A stretch of DNA of 64,000 nt from Alphaproteobacteria bacterium (lineage in GTDB: Bacteria > Pseudomonadota > Alphaproteobacteria > VGEJ01). The notes under the pieces were generated by a model that saw nothing but the letters and a program-made list of their open reading frames with translations, searched no databases and was not told the origin of the DNA. The DNA lies in the NCBI GenBank assembly GCA_965248765.1, contig CBDFKF010000003.1, positions 457,484 to 521,483 on the forward strand, read 5' to 3'. The translations under genes and the position numbers were made by a program. Below, piece after piece: positions 1-8,923 of the stretch. How positions within the stretch are numbered: the stretch's first letter is position 1; each line of letters begins with the position of its first letter.

Positions 1-582
1 GGTGTGGATGGGCACTTTGACCACCGATTGGATCGGCGTGGTGATGGCGTATTGGTTGTTCTCACAGACAAAGATGACCGGGAGCTCCCAGATCGCCGCG
101 AGATTCATCGCCTCGTGGAAGAGACCGTGGTTGACGCCGCCGTCGCCAAAGAAGCTGGCGGCAACCCGATCCTCGCCGCGCGATTTGAAGGCAAAGGCGG
201 CACCACAGGCCATCGGCATGCCGGCAGTGACAATGCCGTTTGCGCCGTAAATGCCCAGGCTCATGTCGGCGATGTGCATGGAGCCGCCGCGACCCTTGTT
301 GTAGCCGGACTCGCGACCCATGAGCTCGGCGAACATGTAGCGGACCGAGCCGCCCTTGGCGATGATGTGGCCGTGGCCACGATGTGTCGAGGTCATGACG
401 TCGTCGTCGCGAAGCGCGCTGCAGACACCGACCGGGACCGCCTCCTGGCCTACCGATTCGTGTGTGACCCCGGCGATCTCGTCGGCCTCGACCAGCTCGA
501 CGACCCACTCCTCGAAACGCCGGATCAGTCGCATGGTGCGGTACATGTGGGCCGCGGTCTCAAGTGGAACGTCAATGCTCAT
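1..582 (-). CDS. TPP-dependent dehydrogenase E1 component alpha subunit (pyruvate/acetoin dehydrogenase E1-alpha family), N-terminal 194 codons; 3' end lies beyond window start
   Basis: Minus-strand translation from ATG at 580-582 reads MSIDVPLETAAHMYRTMRLIRRFEE...GRGGSMHIAD...FFGDGGVNHGLFHEAMNLAA...VCENNQYAITT, the TPP-binding E1-alpha signature; open to position 1. Confidence 0.8.
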   Translation of the reverse strand, partial: MSIDVPLETAAHMYRTMRLIRRFEEWVVELVEADEIAGVTHESVGQEAVPVGVCSALRDDDVMTSTHRGHGHIIAKGGSVRYMFAELMGRESGYNKGRGGSMHIADMSLGIYGANGIVTAGMPMACGAAFAFKSRGEDRVAASFFGDGGVNHGLFHEAMNLAAIWELPVIFVCENNQYAITTPIQSVVKVPIHT

Positions 583-699
583 GGGGGCTCCCTGGGTCTC
601 CCTGGCAGGCGCTGCGCCAGTTAGTATCGCAGATCGCGCACCCGCCGCATTCTGCCACAGCAGCTCACCCTTTCAATGCCACCAAGGAGGCTCGAGAAC

Positions 700-1488
700 A
701 TGGCGCATCCCAGCTTCAAGGACATGGCCCGCACGCGCGGCCCCAAGATCGGCACCGTAGTGCTCGAGTTCGACACGCCCGGTATCGGTCAGATCCTCAA
801 GGCCGCCGGCCTTGATTTCATCTTCCTCGACATGGAGCACTCGGGCTTCAGCATCTCTGACCTCAAGCGCACGCTGCGCTATACCCAGGCGGCAGAGATG
901 CCGGTGCTGGTGCGCGTCCCGTCCGACCGCTACGACCATATCGCGCGCGCCCTCGATGCCGGCGCCGATGCGCTCATGGTGCCGATGGTAGGCACGGTCG
1001 AGCAGGCCAAGCACATCATCGCGTGCGCCAAATACAGCCCCCAGGGCATGCGCGGCTTCGCACCCCAGGTCGCGCACGATCGCTACATGCCCGGCCCGAT
1101 CCTCAAGAAGATGCGCGCGGCCAACCGTCACACCTCAATCTGGGCCCAGATCGAAACGGCGGAGGGCGCGGCCAATGCGGATGGCATCGCCGCGGTGCCG
1201 GGGATCGATTGTTTATGGGTGGGCCACATGGACCTCAGCACCTCGCTCGGCATTCCCGGTCAGTACGACCGGCCCGAGGTGAAACAAGCCTTCCAGAGCG
1301 TGGTCACGGCAGCGAAAAAGGGTAGGAAGTTACTCGGCCGCATGGTGCAGGACGTGAAGGCGGGCGCCCGCGCCCATGCCGACGGCTTTAAATTCCTGGC
1401 CTATCACGTCGATGCGTGGGCACTGCATGAGTTCATGCAGGCCAACGTGGCGGCGATGCGGGCCCGCTGCCGTCGGCGCGCGGCGTGA
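700..1488 (+). CDS. HpcH/HpaI family aldolase (2-keto-3-deoxy-acid aldolase family)
   Basis: ORF 676..1488; internal ATG at 700 preceded by AAGGAGG; translation MAHPSFKDM...LDFIFLDMEHSGF...WAQIETAEG is typical of HpcH/HpaI aldolases. Confidence 0.75.
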   Translation: MAHPSFKDMARTRGPKIGTVVLEFDTPGIGQILKAAGLDFIFLDMEHSGFSISDLKRTLRYTQAAEMPVLVRVPSDRYDHIARALDAGADALMVPMVGTVEQAKHIIACAKYSPQGMRGFAPQVAHDRYMPGPILKKMRAANRHTSIWAQIETAEGAANADGIAAVPGIDCLWVGHMDLSTSLGIPGQYDRPEVKQAFQSVVTAAKKGRKLLGRMVQDVKAGARAHADGFKFLAYHVDAWALHEFMQANVAAMRARCRRRAA

Positions 1489-1519
1489 GTCGGCGCTCGT
1501 CGTCTCGCGGTTGGGCCGT

Positions 1520-2158
1520 TCAGTCGAGCCAGGCGCGCCAAGCGTCCCACGCGCTGATGCGCTCGGCCATCATGGCGTAGCCCGCGGTGGTCGGGTGTAC
1601 CGAGTCGCCCTTGGTGTGCTCTGCCGTCCAAGCGGGATCATCGATGAAAGCGGAGAACAGATCGAGGAACGGAACCTTGAGCTCGGCCGCGATCGCCTTG
1701 AAGGCATCGTTGGTCTCGCGGATGCGCTCGTTGGTGAACCAGAACTGGACGCCCATGATGGAATCGAGCGGCTGGTTGGTTTCATCGACCGGCACCTGAC
1801 CGACCCACAACGCTGGTTTCTGCCAGGCGAGCCCTTCCTCGACCATGGCGCGGGCATTGGCGGCGCTTTCCTCGGCCGGCAACTCGATCTTGCCGTCGAC
1901 CACGCGGGTGTCATTGGTACCGAAGTTGAAGACCAGATGACCGGGCAAGTGATCTGGCAAGCGCTGCTCGCACTCGGCGCGCCAGCGGGCGCGAATCTGT
2001 GCGGTGGTGTGGGCCCGAACTCCGAGGTTGTAGACGGTGATGTCATGGCCGCGGGCGCCCTCGGCGGCGGCGATCCGCGCCGGCCACCCCAGGCACTCCC
2101 CATCGCCGGTGCCGAGCGTGATCGAATCGCCTACGAAGCTGGTCACGAGAAACGTCAT
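1520..2158 (-). CDS. SGNH/GDSL family hydrolase (lipase/acylhydrolase-like), paralog 1
   Basis: Translation MTFLVTSFVGDSITLG...NFGTNDT...DSVHPT carries GDS(L) block I and DxxH block V; AAGGAGG precedes ATG at 2158. Confidence 0.7.
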   Translation of the reverse strand: MTFLVTSFVGDSITLGTGDGECLGWPARIAAAEGARGHDITVYNLGVRAHTTAQIRARWRAECEQRLPDHLPGHLVFNFGTNDTRVVDGKIELPAEESAANARAMVEEGLAWQKPALWVGQVPVDETNQPLDSIMGVQFWFTNERIRETNDAFKAIAAELKVPFLDLFSAFIDDPAWTAEHTKGDSVHPTTAGYAMMAERISAWDAWRAWLD

Positions 2159-2229
2159 AGCGGGCCTCCTTGACTGACGGGTGATCATACGCGGTCCCGC
2201 GCCCGAGGCTCTTGATTATCGTAGTGCGC

Positions 2230-2478
2230 CTAGTGTCTGGCGATGACGCCGAGCGAGGGCCAGTTGGGCATGGCATCGATGTTGCGCGAGCCGCACCGGG
2301 TGCAGCGGGTAATAGTCTTGACCTTAGGCACGGGGAAGCCAGGTCCAAGCCGAGCGAGCAACGCATCGATAGAAAGGATGGCGTGGTGACTGCAATCCTC
2401 ACACCACGCCCACATGTCGAGGTGCTCAGCACGAAGCTCAGCAAGCGTTGCCGGCGGCAGTTCTGCACGCGATTTCAT
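2230..2478 (-). CDS. small hypothetical protein with CxxC...CxxC zinc-ribbon-like motif
   Basis: 82-codon ORF MKSRAELPP...WCEDCSHH...CTRCGSR; sits immediately upstream of GDSL paralog 1 on same strand; an AT-rich patch lies upstream; no family recognised. Confidence 0.4.
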   Translation of the reverse strand: MKSRAELPPATLAELRAEHLDMWAWCEDCSHHAILSIDALLARLGPGFPVPKVKTITRCTRCGSRNIDAMPNWPSLGVIARH

Positions 2479-2628
2479 ACGACCGTCCGGCCGCTCTTCT
2501 ATCAGAAGAACATAAATAGAACAATAACTGTATACGACCACGGCCGCCGACGAGCGCTGCTCCGGCAGTCTCCAGCTCAGAGAACGGCGGCGGAACGCGC
2601 CCTTAAAGGACGCGCTCCGCCTCGCCAG

Positions 2629-2920
2629 TCAGACTTGGCCGACCGAGAGTTCCTCGAGCCGCGAACGATCGCGGATCTCGATGCTCCTTCGCCGTCGTTC
2701 GAGAACCCCGGCATTCTCAAGATTCGCGAGCGTGCGGCTCACCGTTTCACGGGTGGTGCCGCTGAAGCTCGCGATCTCAGCCTGGGTCCGCTTCGGGTAG
2801 ATGTGCCAGAAGCGGTTGTCCACCGGGTTCTGCTTCGCCAAGCGCAGCAGACCGAGGCAGATCCGACCCTTCGCATCAAGACTGTAGAGTTCCTGAATGC
2901 GTTCATAGCAGCACCAAGCC
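2629..2920 (-). pseudogene. Crp/Fnr family transcriptional regulator, C-terminal HTH fragment only (N-terminal cNMP-binding domain missing)
   Basis: Translation ...YERIQELYSLDAKGRICLGLLRLAKQNP...RTQAEIASFSGTTRETVSRTLANLENAGVLE is the Crp-family DNA-binding helix-turn-helix; reading frame opens with no upstream domain and abuts an IS256 transposase fragment. Confidence 0.6.
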
Positions 2921-3196
2921 GAGCCCGACGTGCTGGCCTATATGAGCTTCCCCAAGGAGCACCGCACCAAGCTCCACTCGACCAATCCCCTGGAGCGCCT
3001 CAACGGCGAGATCAAGCGCCGCACCAACGTCGTCGGCATCTTCCCCAACGAGGCCGCCATCACCCGACTGATCGGCGCTATCCTCGTGGAGCAGAACGAC
3101 GAATGGGCGGTGCAGAGGGCGCGCTACATGACCCTGGAAACCATCGCGCCGGTGAGCGACAATGCCCTCATCAAGATGCCTCCCGAGGCCGCTTGA
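2904..3196 (+). pseudogene. IS256-family transposase, C-terminal ~95 codon fragment (no start, N-terminal ~300 codons absent)
   Basis: Frame opens after a TAG at ~2901; translation EPDVLAYMSFPKEHRTKLHSTNPLERLNGEIKRRTNVVGIFPNEAAITRLIGAILVEQNDEW is the conserved IS256/mutator transposase tail. Confidence 0.7.
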
Positions 3197-3388
3197 GCGA
3201 TCCGGCTCAGCCCGCCGGACACCGCGACCCGCTCGCGGCTCTTACACCACGTCCCGGGACACGATCTCTTTCGGCAAGCCAGCGAAGATAAAAACACCTC
3301 CGACACTAGGCCTGATCGGAGGTGTAAGCGGTAACTCAACACTCCTCCTTTTGCGTGGTCTCATGGAAAGTCCTCCCTTCTCTACAAA

Positions 3389-3408
3389 CCCTGCGGCGTC
3401 CCGCAGGG
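3389..3408 (-). terminator. perfect 8 bp GC-rich hairpin (ccctgcgg-cgtc-ccgcaggg) ~115 nt downstream of GDSL paralog 2; candidate terminator or IS-remnant structure
   Basis: Inverted repeat read directly; followed on the minus strand by a partly U-rich tract (GGUUUGUAGAG). Confidence 0.35.
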
Positions 3409-3523
3409 GAGACCACGCTAGCATTCCTGCCGGCGTATGTTGTAACCAAATTGTCACAGCAACCTATGCGCGCGCCCGACGGCAATGAGCGGCTTGCCCT
3501 GGTCACTGCACAAAGTGCGCTGA

Positions 3524-4162
3524 CTAGTCGAGAAGAGCGCGCCAGGCCGGCCAGGCGGCGATGCGCTCGGCCATCATGGCGTAAGCGGGTGCCGTCGGAT
3601 GGATGCCGTCGCCTGAGGCGATGGCGGCGCGCCACGCGCCTTCGTCGACCAGCCCGGCGAAAAGATCGAGATAGGGCACTCCGATCTCAGCGGCGAGCGC
3701 TGCGTATGCAGCGTTGTAGTCGCCGATCCGGGAGTTGGTGTAGTCGTAGACGGCGCCAGTGAACGCGGTGATCGGCATCTTCGTCTCGTCGATCGGCGTC
3801 GGACCGATCCACATCGAGGGCTTCCAGTCCACAGCCTCGGCGAAGATGCCTCGCGCGGTTGCTACGGCTGCTTCGAGTGGAACGCGGATGCCGGCTCCCG
3901 CCTCCTCGGCGGTTTCGTTCAAGCCGAAGGCGAAGAGAAGAACCCCCATCACCCCATCCGGCAAACGGGCCGTGCACTCGGCACGCCAACGGGTGGCGAT
4001 CTCCACCCCGGTGTCGGCCCGTATGCCGATGTTGTAGAGGCCAGGGTCGTGGCCGCGGTCGGCCTCGATCCGAGCCAGACGTCCGCACCAGCCGAGCGCC
4101 TCGCCGTCGCCGCGGCCATGGGTGATCGAATCGCCCACGCAGCACGTCACCAGTGCAGTCAT
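3524..4162 (-). CDS. SGNH/GDSL family hydrolase, paralog 2 (~50% identical to paralog 1 by eye)
   Basis: MTALVTCCVGDSITHG...AFGLNET...DGIHPT...YAMMAERIAAWPAWRALLD aligns along its whole length with the 1520..2158 product; start ATG overlaps cca stop (ATGA). Confidence 0.7.
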   Translation of the reverse strand: MTALVTCCVGDSITHGRGDGEALGWCGRLARIEADRGHDPGLYNIGIRADTGVEIATRWRAECTARLPDGVMGVLLFAFGLNETAEEAGAGIRVPLEAAVATARGIFAEAVDWKPSMWIGPTPIDETKMPITAFTGAVYDYTNSRIGDYNAAYAALAAEIGVPYLDLFAGLVDEGAWRAAIASGDGIHPTAPAYAMMAERIAAWPAWRALLD

Positions 4163-5403
4163 GTAGTTTCCTTTTTGATCAATTGCTCAAGCCGTTCGAG
4201 GCAGGCGGCACGATCGGCGCGATAGTCGGTTTGCTGCCACCAGTCCTCGACCGCGCGCACGAGCCGGCCGACGTCCGGCCCCGGCGGCACGCCGCGGGCG
4301 AGGGTATCAGCGCCGCGCACCGGAAGCATCGGCGCCTCCCACGACGATGCTTCGGCCAGCAACGCGGGCCAGTCGTCGAAGTCCCGAGCCTCGGCCTGGG
4401 CTAGCAGAACGAGATCGACAAAGCGTTCCACGCCGAGGCGATAGAGCGCACGGCGGCGGGCACGTCGGTCCATGCCGACGAGACTGACGGGCAGCTCGGC
4501 CAGCACCTCCAGGCGCTCACGTTGGCGCGCCGATAGACGGAGCCGCTCCGCCACCGCGCGCGCGGCCGCAACATCGCTCCTGAGGAGCGCGGCCAGCCGG
4601 CGCTCAGCATCCGGTTCATCCTCGAGCTCGATCAGCTGCCGGAGGCGATCCCGACGGTCCGCCTCAGGCAGGATGACACCGAGGATGTCCGCCTCGGCCA
4701 TCTGGTCCACTACCTCCGCGGCGCGTGCACTCGCCAAGAGCCGCAGCAATTCCGCCGCGATCCGCTCGCCCGATAGCCGGCGCAGATCATCCGCGGCGGC
4801 GCTGCAGGCGGCGTACCCCGGCGCGTCGAGCGGACCGCGGCCGTACGAGGAATGAAACCGGAAGAACCGGAGGATGCGGAGCGCATCCTCCTTAATGCGC
4901 CGCGCCGGCTCACCGACGAAGCGAACACGGCCGGCCTTGAGGTCGGGGAGACCGCCGGTGGGATCGTAGAGCGTGCCATCAGGATCGCAGTAGATCGCGT
5001 TGATCGTCAGGTCGCGTCGCGCGGCATCCGCCTCCCAGTCATCGGTGAACGCGACCCGGGCACGGCGGCCAAAGGTCTCAACATCCTGTCGCAGGCTGGT
5101 GACCTCGGCCTGCCAATCGGCGATGACAACGGTGATCGTGCCGTGCTCGATGCCAGTCGGCACGGTCTTGATGCCCGCCGCCTCCAGCAAATGACGGGCG
5201 CGTTCGGGTTCGATCGGCGTCGCGATATCGATGTCCTTGATCTCGCGCCCGACAACGGAATCTCGGACGCAACCGCCCACGAAGCGCGTCGGACCGGCAG
5301 CGGCGAGCGCCGCCACGGTCGCCGTCGTTTCCGCTGCCGTCATCCACGGCAGGGGATCGATCTTTCCCGCGGGAGTCAAAATGGGGCGACCGCCCGTGAG
5401 CAC
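4159..5403 (-). CDS. cca: CCA tRNA nucleotidyltransferase (poly(A) polymerase / CCA-adding enzyme family)
   Basis: ...RFVGGCVRDSVVGREIKDIDIAT...EHGTITVV...RRDLTINAIY... is the head domain of class II nucleotidyltransferases with the CCA-enzyme C-terminal region; alternative start at 5343. Confidence 0.8.
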   Translation of the reverse strand: MLTGGRPILTPAGKIDPLPWMTAAETTATVAALAAAGPTRFVGGCVRDSVVGREIKDIDIATPIEPERARHLLEAAGIKTVPTGIEHGTITVVIADWQAEVTSLRQDVETFGRRARVAFTDDWEADAARRDLTINAIYCDPDGTLYDPTGGLPDLKAGRVRFVGEPARRIKEDALRILRFFRFHSSYGRGPLDAPGYAACSAAADDLRRLSGERIAAELLRLLASARAAEVVDQMAEADILGVILPEADRRDRLRQLIELEDEPDAERRLAALLRSDVAAARAVAERLRLSARQRERLEVLAELPVSLVGMDRRARRRALYRLGVERFVDLVLLAQAEARDFDDWPALLAEASSWEAPMLPVRGADTLARGVPPGPDVGRLVRAVEDWWQQTDYRADRAACLERLEQLIKKETT

Positions 5404-5416
5404 TCAGTTCGCGCGC

Positions 5417-5698
5417 TCACTCTGTCTCCGCGGGGATGACCTCACCATCCTCGCCAAGGCGCGGAGCGGTGTAGGTGCCGCCCGGCTCGAACCGGCCGAC
5501 CTGGCTCACGGCGAAGAACGAGATGATCATCAATACGAGCCCGGCAGTGGTCAACCAGACCAGCGGCGCATCACGCCACGACACCGCTCCCGCCGTGCCC
5601 ATCAGCCTGGCCCGGCGCCGCTCATACCAAAACCACAGCGCATAGACGATGAAGGGCAGAGCAAAAAATAGCCCGTGAAGCAGTATCTTTCTCAACAT
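5417..5698 (-). CDS. small hypothetical membrane protein (two predicted TM helices)
   Basis: 93 codons, MLRKILLHGLFFALPFIVYALWFWYERRR...; start overlaps nudL stop; co-oriented with cca. Confidence 0.45.
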   Translation of the reverse strand: MLRKILLHGLFFALPFIVYALWFWYERRRARLMGTAGAVSWRDAPLVWLTTAGLVLMIISFFAVSQVGRFEPGGTYTAPRLGEDGEVIPAETE

Positions 5699-6315
5699 CC
5701 GTCGGTGAGCTTGTCGTGGAGATTGACGAGCATGCCGGCCGTTGCGCCCCAGATCCGCCGGCCGTCGTAAGGCAGCACGTAAAACTGACGCTCGACGCCA
5801 CGAATGACCATCGTCTCGCGACGGTGGTTGTCGGCGTCGAGGACGAAAGCGAGCGGCACTTCGAACGCGTCGGCGACCTCGAAGGGATCGAGCCTCAAAT
5901 GGAGTTCGGGATCGACGATGCCGACCACCGGAGTTATGCGGAATCCGGTGCCGGTCTCGTAGATATCGAGACGACCGATCACCTCGACGTGGTGCGGCGC
6001 CAACCCGATCTCCTCTTCGGATTCACGAAGTGCGGTTGCGATCGGCCCGTCATCGTGAGGCTCCTCGCGACCACCCGGAAAACTGATCTGGCCGGCGTGG
6101 TCGCGAAGATGCTCGGTACGCTGGGTCAACAGCACCGTCATGCCGCCAGGCCGCGCCACCAACGGCACGAGCACGGCGGCCGCGGTGAATGAGAGACCCT
6201 TCCACGCCCCGGGATTGAGGTCATAATCGCCGCGGAGCCTGGCCAGCGCACGCTTTTCATCGATTCGCACCGCCTCGCCAACGGGATGAAGGCGCGATCT
6301 CAGGAGCGTCTGCAT
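5692..6315 (-). CDS. NUDIX hydrolase, CoA pyrophosphatase-like (NudL family)
   Basis: Nudix box GGREEPHDDGPIATALRESEEEIGL plus upstream LLTQRTEHLRDHAGQISFPGG characteristic of CoA pyrophosphatases; start chosen at MQTLL (6315). Confidence 0.75.
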   Translation of the reverse strand: MQTLLRSRLHPVGEAVRIDEKRALARLRGDYDLNPGAWKGLSFTAAAVLVPLVARPGGMTVLLTQRTEHLRDHAGQISFPGGREEPHDDGPIATALRESEEEIGLAPHHVEVIGRLDIYETGTGFRITPVVGIVDPELHLRLDPFEVADAFEVPLAFVLDADNHRRETMVIRGVERQFYVLPYDGRRIWGATAGMLVNLHDKLTDGC

Positions 6316-6346
6316 GTCGCTACAACTGGCGCCGCCGAGCGCCGCT

Positions 6347-6937
6347 TCAAGAGCCAACCGCCTCGAGACGGCCGAGGGCGAAGAAGGAGCCACTGCTCCA
6401 GACGCCGAACACGCGATCGTGACTCGGCCCCACTTCGACACCGAGCTCAACCAAGTCATAGTAAACAGAGCGGGCAATCAGCGCTTCCAGCCCGTCCCGC
6501 ACGAGGACGTAAGGCGCCGGCTCGTCTGTGCCCGGATCGAAGGTCACGCGTATCGGGTGGTCGGCATCGGCGGTGACGTGCTCGTCGAGGTTGGTGCGAA
6601 ATCGGAGTGCCTGTTCCTGTCCGTCATGCTCACGGAACAATTCGACGGCGATGAACGGCGCATCGTCCACTTCGATGCGCCCTTTCTCGACCGGTGTAAC
6701 GAGGTAATAGCAGCCGTCGGGCTCGTGCCTCAGCACGCTCGCGAACAGCTTGACCAACGGTTTGCGGCCGATGAGCGTGCCGTGATAGTACCAAGTTCCG
6801 TCCCTGGCAATCCGCATATCGAGATCATCGCAGGCGACGGCCGACCGATCGTCGGCGGGCCGCCGCGTCCCTGCGGAATCGGCGCCGCTGCCGCTCTGAG
6901 CTGGAGTTGCGATGGTTTCGCCGTCGTTCTCGATCAT
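6347..6937 (-). CDS. DUF1285 domain protein
   Basis: ...IARDGTWYYHGTLIGRKPLVKLFASVL...YYLVTPVEKGRIEVDDAPF... matches the conserved DUF1285 core; divergent from the moxR-like gene. Confidence 0.6.
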   Translation of the reverse strand: MIENDGETIATPAQSGSGADSAGTRRPADDRSAVACDDLDMRIARDGTWYYHGTLIGRKPLVKLFASVLRHEPDGCYYLVTPVEKGRIEVDDAPFIAVELFREHDGQEQALRFRTNLDEHVTADADHPIRVTFDPGTDEPAPYVLVRDGLEALIARSVYYDLVELGVEVGPSHDRVFGVWSSGSFFALGRLEAVGS

Positions 6938-6978
6938 CGGTCGCCAGGGCAAACGAGTGTGCCGGCGGGAGTTCCACG

Positions 6979-8010
6979 ATGAGTATAACTGACGACACCA
7001 CTGCCGCCACCGCCGCCCCATCTACGGTGAGTGAGCCGGCAGCAGTGCAGGAGATCGAGGCGCTCGCGACGCAGATCAAGGCCGTACGCGACCACGTCGG
7101 CCAGTTCATATTCGGCCAGGAGGAGGTCGTCGATCAGGCGCTGATCACCTTGCTCTCGGGCGGTCATGCACTGGTGATCGGCGTTCCGGGGCTGGCCAAG
7201 ACCAGACTCGTCGAGACCCTTGCGGTCGTCCTTGGCATGATGGAGAAGCGCGTCCAGTTCACCCCTGATCTCATGCCTGCCGACATCCTCGGATCGGAGG
7301 TGTTGGAGGAATCGGAGAGCGGGCGCCGCTCGTTCCGCTTCATCGAGGGCCCTGTGTTCTGCCAGCTGCTGATGGCCGATGAGATCAATCGCGCCAGTCC
7401 GCGAACGCAATCAGCGCTGCTACAAGCCATGCAGGAGAACGAGGTCTCGGTTGCCGGCCGGCGACATCCCCTGCCCCGCCCCTTCCACGTGCTGGCGACG
7501 CAGAACCCGCTGGAGCAAGAGGGAACCTACCCACTGCCCGAGGCTCAGCTCGATCGCTTCCTGATGCAGATCGACATCGGCTATCCCGACCTCGAGGCCG
7601 AGCGCCGGATGTTGATCGCCACCACGGGGATCGAAGAGCACGCGCCACAGCAAGTGATGACCGCCGATGATCTACGCGCGGCCCAGCGTCTCGTGCGGCG
7701 TGTTCCGATCGGGGAGAGCGTGGTCAAGGCGATCCTCGCGGTGGTCCGGTCCGGACGCCCTGAAGACACCGATATCGAAACGGTACGCGACCACGTGGCG
7801 TGGGGACCGGGGCCGCGCGCCAGCCAAGCTCTTATGCTTGCCTGTCGTGCCCGGGCGCTGTTGGAGGGGCGCCTGGCCCCGTCGGTGGACGACGTCATCG
7901 CGCTCGCCCCGCCAACGCTGCGCCACCGCATGGCGCTCACGTTCGCGGCACGCGCCGAAGGCATCACGATCGTGCAGGTGATCGCGCGCCTGTGCCAGCC
8001 CCTCGGCTGA
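6979..8010 (+). CDS. MoxR-family AAA+ ATPase
   Basis: GHALVIGVPGLAKT (Walker A), LLMADEINRASPRTQSALLQAMQE (Walker B/sensor), classic MoxR layout; start at MSITDD. Confidence 0.85.
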   Translation: MSITDDTTAATAAPSTVSEPAAVQEIEALATQIKAVRDHVGQFIFGQEEVVDQALITLLSGGHALVIGVPGLAKTRLVETLAVVLGMMEKRVQFTPDLMPADILGSEVLEESESGRRSFRFIEGPVFCQLLMADEINRASPRTQSALLQAMQENEVSVAGRRHPLPRPFHVLATQNPLEQEGTYPLPEAQLDRFLMQIDIGYPDLEAERRMLIATTGIEEHAPQQVMTADDLRAAQRLVRRVPIGESVVKAILAVVRSGRPEDTDIETVRDHVAWGPGPRASQALMLACRARALLEGRLAPSVDDVIALAPPTLRHRMALTFAARAEGITIVQVIARLCQPLG

Positions 8011-8028
8011 CCGGACGCGATCGAGACG

Positions 8029-8919
8029 GTGGCTGAATCCGGGAGCGAACAGGCCGAAGTCTTACGTCAGCGGGCGGAACAGCTCGCGGCGCCGTTGCCG
8101 CCTTTGTTGGTCTCGGCCGAGCGAGTGGCCATGACCGTCGCCCAGGGTGTACACGGTCGGCGCCGCGTCGGCTCCGGCGAGACATTCTGGCAGTTCCGGC
8201 GCTATCAGACCGGCGATCCGGCCAGCGCAATCGACTGGCGCACATCGGCCAAGACCCAGCGTCTGTATGTGCGCCAGACCGAGTGGGAGGCGGCCGAGAG
8301 CGTGTGGCTGTGGCGCGATGCCTCGCCCTCGATGCACTACCGCTCGTCGGTCTCAGAGGTCGAGAAGATCGATCGGGCAAACTTGCTGACGCTGGCGCTG
8401 GCGGTGCTGCTGGCGCGCGCCGGCGAGCATGTCGCCCTGTTGGGCACCGATCGCCTGGCCCGGACCGGGCGGGCGGCGATCGCGGGGATCGCGGATGCCT
8501 TCATGCGCGTGCGCGAAGGGCCGAGTCTTCCCCCCTTTGAGCAACTGCCACGGGATGCGCAGATCGTCATCATCGGTGATTTCCTGTCGCCGGTCGCCGA
8601 CCTCGAGAACCGACTGACCCAGTACGCGGGCATCGGCCTTCAGGGACACCTTCTCCAAGTGCGAGATGCCGCCGAGGAGGATCTGCCGTTCACCGGCCGC
8701 GCCCGGTTCGAAGGCTTGGAGGCCGACGGCCAGGTGATGGTGGGCCGAGTGGAAGTATTGCGCGAGAGCTACTTCGAGCGCTTGGCCGCGCGGCGGGCCA
8801 ACCTTACGGCGCTGGCCAGTCGGCTCCATTGGACATTCGCCACCCACCGCACCGACCGACCGCCGGAGACGGCGTTGATGGCGTTGTATGCCGCCCTGTC
8901 GGGAGGTCGGCTACACTGA
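8029..8919 (+). CDS. DUF58 domain protein (MoxR-associated, vWA-like)
   Basis: GETFWQFRRYQTGDPASAIDWRTSAKTQRLYVRQTEWE is the DUF58 hallmark; immediately downstream of moxR-like gene. Confidence 0.8.
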   Translation: MAESGSEQAEVLRQRAEQLAAPLPPLLVSAERVAMTVAQGVHGRRRVGSGETFWQFRRYQTGDPASAIDWRTSAKTQRLYVRQTEWEAAESVWLWRDASPSMHYRSSVSEVEKIDRANLLTLALAVLLARAGEHVALLGTDRLARTGRAAIAGIADAFMRVREGPSLPPFEQLPRDAQIVIIGDFLSPVADLENRLTQYAGIGLQGHLLQVRDAAEEDLPFTGRARFEGLEADGQVMVGRVEVLRESYFERLAARRANLTALASRLHWTFATHRTDRPPETALMALYAALSGGRLH

Positions 8920-8923
8920 TGCC

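Noticed and set aside
2-760. Plus-strand ORFs 2..250, 4..624, 356..760 and minus ORF 62..508
   Set aside because: All overlap the well-supported minus-strand E1-alpha dehydrogenase gene. Their translations are low-complexity and Arg/Gly/Ala-rich, typical of off-frame reading in high-GC DNA.
2212-3291. 359-aa plus-strand ORF spanning the scar region
   Set aside because: It runs antisense or out of frame through the Crp fragment and the transposase fragment. The translation is Arg/Pro/Ala-rich with no domain. It is an artefact of long stop-free frames in GC-rich DNA.
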